Assembly (NCBI GenBank): GCA_051530055.1
Contig: CM121341.1
Coordinates: 9,464,784-9,528,783 of the forward strand
Origin: Neoechinorhynchus agilis
Lineage: Eukaryota > Animalia > Acanthocephala
Reading direction: 5' to 3'
DNA: 64,000 nt
The position numbers and the translations under genes were made by a program. The number at the start of each line of letters is the position of its first letter. The first letter of the stretch is position 1. Under the pieces are notes generated by a model. The model searched no databases. It was not told the origin of the DNA and saw only the letters and a list, made by a program, of their open reading frames with translations. Shown here one piece after another: positions 49,650 through 59,640 of this stretch.

Positions 49650-51688
49650 AATGTAGAATTTGTGGGGCCTCAAACCGTTTAAAGCTTCGATTCCGGCATT
49701 TGTCTTATAACAAAACCGGGGAAGTTTATTTTTAGCCCTGATTACATTTTATTCGCGTTTTTAGACAAGAAAAAATAAGAATTATCGCATTGCCGATTGA
49801 GTCGATAACGATTAAAAAGTTTTTCAAAAACGCCGATAGATATCGTCTTCAAAAATCATGGATGCATCCTATATGAACCTCTCCTAAATCGATTTATTTT
49901 GGTAATTTTTGTAGCCTAAATTTCTACAAATTTGCATTGGATTTTTAGCTCCTGTGCTGAATACAGAATTTGTGGGGCCTCAAACCGTTTAAAGCTTCCA
50001 TTCCGGCATTTGTCTCATAACAAAACCGGGAAAGTTTATTTTTAGCCCTGATTACATTTTATTCGCGTTTATAGATAAGAAAAATAAAAAATTTCGCATT
50101 ACCGATTGAGTCGATAACGACTAAAAAGTTTTTAAAAACGCCGATAGATATCGCCTTCAAAAACCATGGATGCATCCTAAATGAACCACTCCTAAATTGA
50201 TTTATTTTGGTAATTTTTGTAACCCAAATTTCTACAAATTAGCATTAGATTTTTAGCTCTTGTGCTGAATATAGAATTTGTGGGGCCTCAAAACTTTTAA
50301 GGCTTCGATTCCAGAATTTGTCTCATAATAAAACCGGGAAGTTTATTTTTAGCGCTGATTACATTTTATTCGCGTTTATAGATAAGAAAAATAAAAAATT
50401 TCGCATTACCGATTGAGTCGATAACGACTAAAAGGTTTTTAAAAACGCCGATAGATATCGCCTTCAAAAACCATGGATGCATCCTAAATGAACCTGTCCT
50501 AAATTGATTTATTTATTTCATATCTGTAACCTAAATTTCTACAAATTAGCATTAGATTTTTAGTTCCTGTGCTGAATATAGAATTTGTGGGGCCTCAAAC
50601 CGCTTAAAGCTTCCATTCCGGCATTTGTCTCATAATAAAACCGGGAAAGTTTATTTTTTGCCCTGATTACATTTTATTCGCGTTTATAGATAAGAAAAAT
50701 AAAAAATTTCGCATTACCGATTGAGTCGATTACGACTAAAAGGTTTTTAAAAACGCCGATAGATATCGCCTTCAAAAGCCATGGATGCATCCTAAATGAA
50801 CCTCTCCTAAATCGATTTATTTTGTTTATTTTTGTAGCTTAAATTTCTACAAATTAGCATTAGATTTTTAGCTCGTGTTCTGAATATAGAATTTGTGGGG
50901 CCTCAAACCGCTTAAAGCTTCCATTCCGGCATTTGTCTCATAATAAAACCGGGAAAGTATATTTTTTGCCCTGATTACATTTTATTCGCGTTTATAGATA
51001 AGAAAAATAAAAAATTTCGCATTACCGATTGAGTCGATAACGATTAAAAAGTTTTTCAAAAACGCCGATAGATATCGTCTTCAAAAAACCATGGATGCAT
51101 CCTAAATGAACCTCTCCTAAATCGATTTATTTTGGTAATTTTTGTAGCTTAAATTTCTACAAATTAGCATTAGATTTTTAGCTCTTGTGCTGAATATAGA
51201 ATTTGTGGGGCCTTAAAACGTTTAAGGCTTCGATTCCGGAATTTGTCTTATAACAAAACCGGGAAAGTTTATTTTTAGCGCTGATTACATTTTATTCGTG
51301 TTTATAGATAAGAAAAATAAAAATTTCGCATTACCGATTGAGTCGATAACGATTAAAAGTTTTTCAAAAACGCCGATAGATATCGTCTTCAAAAAACCAT
51401 GGATGCATCCTAAATGAACCTCTCCTAAATCGATTTATTTTGTTTATTTTTGTAGCTTAAATTTCTACAAATTAGCATTAGATTTTTAGCTCTTGTGCTG
51501 AATATAGAATTTGTGGGGCCTTAAAACGTTTAAGGCTTCGATTCCGGAATTTGTCTTATAACAAAACCGGGAAAGTTTATTTTTAGCGCTGATTACATTT
51601 TATTCGCGTTTATAGATAAGAAAAATAAAAAATTTCGCATTACCGATTGAGTCGATAACGATTAAAAAGTTTTTCAATAACGCCGTCG
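49650..51688. repeat. Tandem array, ~308 bp monomer (~6.6 copies), inverted relative to 41503-43480
   Basis: The gagtcgataacga(t/c)taa motif ends at 49815, 50124, 50431, 50739, 51047, 51356 and 51665. Confidence 0.97.
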
Positions 51689-51852
51689 CTACTTCATAAC
51701 AACATTCAATGTTGCCAAAAGTCATTAGAAGTTGAACGCTGCAAAAATAGGATTGTCTGTGCAACAACTCGGTCACTTCCCTTAATTTGACATTTCAACA
51801 ATTAGCGCAACATTCCAAGAAACCATCGATAGAAAGTCCTTCGGGATAATAA

Positions 51853-53516
51853 AATTACACTTTCGGTGAGAATAATCCCGGTCATTTCATATTTTATTTA
51901 TTCGAAATATTTCGCGAGGTATCCTCGCCTCTTCAGTCATCTAAAAATAGGTTTTCCGTATTACGATTTATGCTCGAGTGCGCGGGATCGCCAAACCCGA
52001 AGTTCAGGGACCAATTATCCGCTTGAACCCTTTGTTTTTCCATTGATTTTTTATATTGATTTTTATCACGTCGCTGGCTGGAAGTTTCAAGCTAAAATTA
52101 GCTTTATATCCCTCCAGAAGGCATTAAATCTATTTGGACTGTTACCGACGGACGTGATTCGACTCTTTTGACTGGTTTTAGATTGCAGGTTCTTTAGATA
52201 TAACGACCGACTTTATAGATAAATCCATGGACTGTCAATGGGAAACAGCATTGCTCCCGTTTTGGCAATAATTTTCCTCGGTGATTTGTAAAAGCAGTGC
52301 ATCTTCCCACATTAAACATCGAGCCAAATTTACCTCCGCTATCTGGATGATGAGCTATTAACCTACAGAGAGGATTGTGAGGTCGATGACCAAGGGGTTG
52401 AATTCTATGGATCCTACTGGAGGGATTAAGGTGATGCGAGACAAACCACCGGATTATCTGCCATACTGAATTTGTGTTTCAGAGTTAATCAGGTCACGGA
52501 TTTCAATTTATATCGCAAACTCTAAAAGCGGAGTCATGCATCGAGATTTCCATCATTTTTCCGTGATGAAACAAGCAATTTACGCTGAGATGTACATTAC
52601 AGCACTGGTTTGTTCATCGTCGTTAACGGAGAAACGATTGGCGATAGACAGAATAAACGGAATTTTCGCTCATAATGGATATACACGAAAAAAGAGATCT
52701 TGCCGCCAAGTAATTCAAAAGACGCGAAACGGAACGATGATCGTTGTGGGAATCGATATGGAGGAAACCGATTCTCAAGATTCCATATATCATCGAAAAG
52801 TTTCCAAGTGAAGTTCTAAAGAATCTGCCATGATTAGAATGGATGCCCGGATTTTCCACAGAAGTGTGCTTACACTTAGACGAATCCTAACGAGAACTGA
52901 ACATCACGAAACGCCAGAAACATGTCCAGGGAATTCCGTGGGCGCAAATGGTCATCGCGTGCGTTAACGTTGGACCGTACAAGTTCCCAACACACTGAAT
53001 CCGGATGCAGTATTATGGCTACACCGTAAACAAAAGAACCGCTCCGAAATCCATTGCGACAGAGTAACTCTCCATACGAGTTCGGTCTGTGGTAAAGGAT
53101 TCGGTGGAATACCGATTGCCGAGGTACTGCTTATACACCGGCGGTTGGAAAGTGAAGGTGTCTCCTAGGACTATGCGAGAGAGAGTTCTGGACATCAGTT
53201 CGGCAACACCCCAGAACTTTTAAACGAGCGAGACGAACTTTCTACATTTTAATGTCGATAGTTTAACACAATTCACAACCCCACACGCCTTTTTAGATTC
53301 CTGAAGAAGCCGTAAGATGGCGAATGTTCGGAAATCAAGATTTTTTTATTTTCTTTGTCAACAGCCCAGCCAAGTTTCGTATTAAAAACAAACTTGATCA
53401 ATCACGTGGCAGAAAAGTCAAGTAGTATTTCACAAAACTAGACTGGAAATATCATGTCGATTGGAAGCTGAAGCGAAAATCTCTTAAATCTGTACGGGCG
53501 CTTGCGAAATCAACAA
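51853..53516 (+). mobile_element. Penelope element (second family), decayed RT and 3' pLTR with hammerhead, facing outward
   Basis: GLSMGNSIAPVLAIIFL; YLRYLDD; post-RT helical segment; ELLNERDEL; gattcCTGAAGAagccgtaagatggcGAAtgttcggaaatc at 53296-53336. Confidence 0.88.
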
Positions 53517-54169
53517 ATACAACTTTTCGTGGTAAATATTTTAAAACATATTTGCAATATGCTTCAACTTTAGATCTCTCACAAAACGAGATTATGTAAA
53601 AATGGAAAACTGTTGATTATATGGATTGAGCAAAATAACAAACGATAAAAACCGATGAGTCGAATGACTATTTCGGAAATAAAATTTAGTATTTTTTAAA
53701 ATTTACAGAATGGGGATTATACGATCGTTGAACATATCAATTCTGTAAAGCGAGGTATGAGTGTACCCAAAATCCTGTAGACGCTCCCTTTGCCTTATTG
53801 TTTCAACAAACTGTTTAACACCACTTTGTTTATTTTTGAAAAGTTATATGTTATTGTCGTAAGATTATTTCACCGCATAAAATGACTCCCCAGCACTTGT
53901 ACTTATTTAATACTCGATTTTTTAAAATTATTTCTTGTATGTTACCTATTTATCGCTCGACGAATATCGCAATATTTTGGCATTTGATTTCATACAATAG
54001 ATTTGTGATCTGGTCGATCAGTTAGCTAATGCTGGGATATCCACAAATGTCATATCCACAAATGTCATATCCAATCAACAACAACACAAAAAGTTTAAAA
54101 TGAATGGGCGAACAAAGGCGTATTTCCCCTCTACTAGAATTCAAAATTGCACCTTTCTATTTTAAAGCA

Positions 54170-54670
54170 ACTCTTTCATTTCAAAAAGTTTATATCTTTA
54201 AGCTGAACGAAATAATTTTCACATTTTCTTAAAAAATCTATATTCCCTTTTTTATTTAAAGTGCAACGTTTAGAAAATTGACTTGAAAGCACAGTGTAAA
54301 TTGTGATTTCCCTGTCTTTGTCTCCATTAAACAACAATGCTGAAAAAAGACATGCAAGTGTCGCTCGGTTGCTCGGATTCAATTTTATTGATAAAGATGA
54401 AGGAACATTTTAAAAGAAACGATAGTGCGCTGAGCAGATACCAAATTGCTGTTAGCGACAAACCGAATACAAAAATATTTTGTATTAGTACCACAAAGCG
54501 AAGGATTTTATGAATTGTCAAGTCACTTTTAACGTAGAAAATCATTTTAACGTCAGAAAACTATTCAAAGAAGCATGATCCAAAAACTTTTTTATAAATT
54601 TCGAATTGAAGCTACCGTCGACTTTTGCATTAGCCTTCTTGTGCAAATCGTGGATTCGTACGTTACCTCT
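54170..54670 (-). pseudogene. Diverged inverted copy of the 5' region of the coiled-coil gene
   Basis: Reverse complement of ~55340-55640 joined to ~56065-56170 (LNPSNRATLACLFSALLFNGDKDR vs LNQSDQTTLTCLLSALLFDGDKDR). Confidence 0.8.
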
Positions 54671-55049
54671 ATATGAAATCTGCAATAAAGTCTGTAAATA
54701 AAATTAACTGCTTGATTATCGTGACTTACGGTTTAAAGCGTATACTCAAGCAACAAACGGACATGAATTTAAAATCGTAATTTTGAACACAATCAGTAAA
54801 TCAAACTTCTGTCCCCCAGATATATATTAAATTGAAAACGGGTCTCTTCAGCTTGATATTCATCATGTGGGCATAATAATTATAACCGATTTCGAGGGAT
54901 AAATACTATGTTTTTCAATACTTAATTAGTGATAAGCAAGCATTCATGTTTTCCAAACCATAGCTAAAGACAATCGTCTTTAGATGGTGAACGATTTCCC
55001 AAAGGAATACCTATGATCAATAACAATTTTTGAGAACCACATCATCCCC

Positions 55050-55479
55050 CTCAGCTCTCGAATGCTCGATTAGTGTTCGTTGTGTTGCTATTCGTGTAGT
55101 GTTCCAATACAAGCGAGCAAGTTGCTTACTAAGCCAAGAAACCTCCATTTTGGCGTTCATGCTCTCATTTAAGAATTTGAAACGATTCTATAAATGAACG
55201 TCACGGACGTATTTGGATTCTTAATCTCTTTTTCTCTGTCAACATTTACTGGGATTTTTTAGGTTTAATGATCCGAGGATAGTGGTTTATGCGAATTAGT
55301 TTAGAAACCATTTCTGGATGCACGCGTTCATCCCAGGCCACGTACGAATCCAAGATTCGCATAATGCAAGTCGACGGTAGCTTGAATTCGAAATTTATAA
55401 AGTTTTTGGACCATGCTTTTATGAATAGATTTCTAACGTTGAAATGATTTTTCACGTTAAAAGTGATTTGACAATTCAT
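55050..55479 (-). CDS. Possible TBC (Rab-GAP, TBC1D22/Gyp1-like) C-terminal exons
   Basis: FIKAWSKNFINFEFKL..IMRILDSY resembles FAFRWMNNLLMREVPL..TIRLWDTY; EVSWLSKQLARL resembles DISLLLAEAYRL. No N-terminal part found. Confidence 0.3.
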
Positions 55480-58400
55480 AAAATCCTCCGCTTTGTGGTA
55501 TTAATTCAAAATTGTTTTGTATTCGATTTGTCGCTAACAGCAATTGGGCTTTTAAATATGTTGATTGCACTATCGTTTGCTTTCTCGTATGTTTCGGAGA
55601 ATTTTTAATTATTCTTTATTTTAAAATGTATCTTCATTTTTATCCATACAAACCGCTCCAACATATTGATTCCTGATAGGAAAACCCCTTCTTCAATTTT
55701 AGAAATGAGTCTCAACGCCAATATTCGTACTGTGATAACTAACCTCGTCGCTGCCTCCGTATCTCCGACATGTAAGCTACGCCGCAATATCCGAACTTGG
55801 ATTTCTATTAATGATCCAAATGCTGTTTATAAAATAATGGAGGACATTTGTTTTCAAATTGAAAACACCGTAAATGAACAAAATCCACCTGAAGATTTTT
55901 TTATGCTTGGAAAAAAACCAAGCGAAATGAAAAAGTTTTTAGAGAATTACTTTAAGATGGCAATTAAACCATTAGAACTATTGGGGCGCGCTTCCTTGAT
56001 TTTGAGCTTTTACTGCTACGGACTGTCAACGCCTTCTGTAAGTGAATTCTTTTTACAAATGTGTACACGATTGAACCAGAGCGACCAAACGACACTCACT
56101 TGCCTTTTGTCAGCATTGTTGTTCGATGGAGACAAAGACCGGAAAACAACAATAAACAATATCCTTGCAAGTGAAGGCGAAAGCCCATACGATAAAAATT
56201 GCATTTACTCATCCTTGTCGGATCTGATGGCTGCTATTCAGAACAGCGAAAATGGTCAATTTGCTCAGCTAGAGAAACCAAAAGAAACAAAGGAAACTGA
56301 GCATTCAAATGGCAAGGGAAGCAACGACGGCAAGAAAGAGTCAATTAAAAGTCCCGACGTATTAAATGGCACACAATGTATTGAAAACGGAGGCGATCCG
56401 CTAGGAAAATATGAATCGGATGACGAGCCTTTCGGTTGGAGTAAGCATATAGAAGGGGCTTCCAAGAGAACAAACAACAAAAATGTAAATATAGATAATT
56501 TTCGAAAACAAGAAACAAAGCCTCAAACGGAAAGTCGATTGTCCCCTATCCGAGATATTGATTCCCAATGCAAAATGCTAAAGGAGGAGCTAAGTGAGAA
56601 GGAAAAGCTGCTAGAGGACACGAATCGCAGGCTAAAAGAAATATCCGTGCAAAACGATGAATTAAACGCACAAATTGTAAAGCTGAGAATGATCACGAGA
56701 AAAATAGAAAACGATTTTGAGGAAAGGGACAAAAAGTGTTCAGACCAAAATATGAGGATTATAAAGTTAGCAAAACAGAATGCTAACCTGAAGGAGGATC
56801 TAAGACTCGCGAAAAGTACGAATGCTGATTTATCGAAAAAAGAAAATGAGCTTAAATCGTTCGCAGAAGACGCGCAAGAGGAGGTGATGAAATTGAAGGA
56901 ATACCAAAAGGAAATTTTAGAAAGTTTGAATGAGAAAGAGAATCGTTTGATTGACAACAAACGCAGACTGAAGGAGGTATCAAATCAAAACAATGACCTT
57001 AATGCTAAAATTTCAGTACTGACTAAAAAGCAAAAAATTAATGAATATGAAATTGAGCAGAAAAACAAGAAGTGTGAAACGCTATCTTCAGAATTAGAGG
57101 AAATGACGAAGGAAAATCAGGATTTAAAAACGAAACTTTCGTCTGCTCAGCGAGAAAAGGAAATCGATTTGTCAAAAACGGAACGGGAGATGCAATGTCG
57201 TATTGATGAAAGCCAGCGGAAAATAATTAATCTTGAGAGATCCCTTAAATTGGCAAATGAGAAATTTGATGCGAAAGTACAAGGTTCATCGGAAACGGAA
57301 AAACATTTAGAAAAGGTTATAAAGCGGAATGAAGAAATGGCTGTCGAATGCAAGGCTAACGGTCAACTCATAAATGACCTAAGGGCTAAATTAAATCAAC
57401 TAAAGGAAATCAACGACCAAAATGAAATTGAAAGGAAATCGAGAGATCGGCAAATTGCAGAAGTTGAAGCTAAATTGAAAGCAGAAATAGACATGACCGC
57501 AAAAAGAGTAGAACAGTTTTCACAGAAGGAAATAAAATGGAAAACTGATAAGCAATCACTTGAACTAAAACTTCAAAACATTATGGGAAAACTGGAACAT
57601 TTGGAACAGTCGAGGAATTTAGAGGAAAATACACGACTTATGGAAAGCAAAGAAGAAAATCTGAGACTTGAGGGTTGCTTGGGAAATGCTAAATCTGAGA
57701 TCTGTGATCTCAAAACAAAATCGGAATCTCTTAATAAGGAATTAAGAGAGAAGAACACGAAACTAGCAGAAAGTTCCATGAAGTTAGAAAATCTCCTTGT
57801 GCAAAATGGAGAATTATTAGAAAAAGTGGAAACCATTCAAAGGAAGTTTGATTGCGCTTTAAGCGAAAATCAAAATCGTTCAATAATTATTCAGACGCAA
57901 GACAGTGAAATTAGCAAATTGAAGGCGGAACTTCGTGAAAACGTTTCGGTTTACGCTCACGAGCAATGGGAAATGATGAAGAAGTTAAATGATCAAATGA
58001 TTGAAGAACTAAAGAAGAACAAACTTGAGAAAAACAAGCTTCTAAAAAGGAACAAAGATTTGGAAGATCATGTTGGCCGCTATACAAGAAAGGTGACAGT
58101 CTTGGAGCAATCACAAGAAGAAATAAAGTCCCAAATGTGCAAGCAAACAAAGGATTTTGAAGATGCGAATAATCGTGCACAACATAGACTCAGGCTATTT
58201 GAACGGACGATACGCCATCTTTTAAATAGAAGAGTAGAAAACTCAGAAACAGATAAACTAAGAGGTGACGATCCAGTTGGTACGAATATGCCATTTTCGA
58301 ACATCGCCGGGCAAACTTTGGGTCCTAAGAGCACTACAACATTGCCAAAAAAAATCAATTGTATGTTAGATGAAGATCAGAACACAACTTCATTGGAAAA

Positions 58401-58599
58401 CCACTCTACACTTTCAAAAGGAGAAAAAAGAACGCCATTTCCGCGTCCTCAAAGAAAGATCACAGCCATTGGTACACCTTCTAAACCTCCAAAACCGTCA
58501 CTATTCGAAGATCAATATCTCACGAATGCTTTAAATACATGCAGAGAACTGAATGCGATAGCGGATGCATTCGATGCGATTCGTCCGGGTAAAAATTAG
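55444..58599 (+). CDS. Long coiled-coil protein (977 aa ORF from 55666; likely extra hydrophobic first exon 55444-55586)
   Basis: 2.9 kb open frame, E/K/L-rich heptads over ~550 aa and a Pro-rich C-terminus. A gtatgt..ag intron at 55587-55679 joins in frame. Several differences from the 54 kb copy are synonymous in this frame. Confidence 0.8.
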
Positions 58600-58929
58600 A
58601 GTGGAACATGTTGTTTTACATAATTTAATAGCAAATTGTATAATAAACGCAATTTATGTATAACTATCTTTTGGGATACGGTTTTAAAACATATACAATC
58701 TCGTAAAATTCATTCGTTCTTGTATGATCGCTGCTTGGGCTAAAACGCTAGCTCGAAATTTCAGCAATCCAGAAACTATGCGGCACCAATCGAATTCGAT
58801 TTACCAGGTTACGAGAATCTGAAATTAAAGAGTTATGAATTCTCGCTACCAGGGGTTAGTCCCTAGCTGGTCGTTTGCAACCATTGACGGAAACTTGATC
58901 GCTGCCTGAATCTCGACACCATGGATTAA

Positions 58930-59205
58930 AAGCCTCCACGAAATCTTCAACCAAAGTTTAATTCTCGCCAAGAAAAGACTGAATTATTATGCGGTTTGCT
59001 TCATACGATCCCAAATAAGCTGGGAGAGAAATATCGGCTGCTTTTCGGATACCGAAACCGCCAGACGACACAGGAAAGGACGCTTGACGCCAGGCCTCGT
59101 CCGACAGATGAGTATATCAAATTTTCTCGAGAGAGAGGTTTTCACCGTCTCATCTTATTTTGCCAGCTTATCCATACGTCTTCCTCGAGACGATTACACG
59201 CGTCC
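58930..59205 (-). mobile_element. CRE-clade RT C-terminal fragment
   Basis: LSDEAWRQASFPVSSGGFGIRKAADISLPAYLGS resembles W.QAxLPVRxGGLGIR..xALPAFLxS. Confidence 0.8.
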
Positions 59206-59206
59206 A

Positions 59207-59640
59207 CGTCAAGGAGGGCTAAGAAAAACCAGATCAAAGCATTGGGAATGGAAAGTAGGATAATTGCAGTCAGCAGGAACAAAATCGACTATTTTTTCGG
59301 TTTCAAAAATAAAAGAATTGTGCTTGGCGTATTCGAGGGCGTCTGGGTCGTTGTCGATGCCAATAGTGAAGTATCGTTTTGCGAAATGGATTCCGTTTCC
59401 ACTAACTCTGCAGTACACGTCGAGACATAATCGGTTGATTTAGAGATCTGCTTCGCTACCAACTCCTGGGTCGCAGAAAAGAAATCAACATCGTCCCACG
59501 TTTTAACACCACTGTCGAATTGAACAAAAAGTTTGTGTTTGCTCGCATAAGGAGGTTTTGTTGCTTTTGGACAAGAATCAGGTTCCGAGAATTGGACTAT
59601 ACGTATTGTAATTTGTTGGATCGCACTAGAAATCAGAAAA
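59207..59640 (-). pseudogene. TGS1: Trimethylguanosine synthase (TGS1)-like, frameshifted and truncated
   Basis: KHKLFVQFDSGVK..DFFSATQELVAKQI resembles RYRLFSRFDDGIK..GWFSVTPEKIAEHI; (L)DVYCRVSGNGIHFA; IGIDND; DLVFLSPP, then stop. Frameshift near 59425. Confidence 0.8.

Larger units (their letters stand above)
46883..53516. repeat. Right arm of giant inverted repeat
   Basis: Reverse complement of 39657-44650, plus ~47950-49560 present only in this arm. Confidence 0.95.

Noticed and set aside
39657-53516. Palindrome as a pure fold-back read or amplification chimera
   Set aside because: Not favoured, because the arms differ by substitutions, indels and arm-specific segments. A misjoin of two haplotypes cannot be excluded without reads.
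56016-58358. Minus-strand S/F/L-rich ORFs inside the coiled-coil gene
   Set aside because: They are antisense shadows of the E/K-rich sense codons.
59190-59215. Alternative genetic code (TGA in place of the Trp of the TGS1 SPPW motif)
   Set aside because: The sequence after SPP is a CRE fragment, and intact genes in the window use TAA, TAG and TGA as normal stops.
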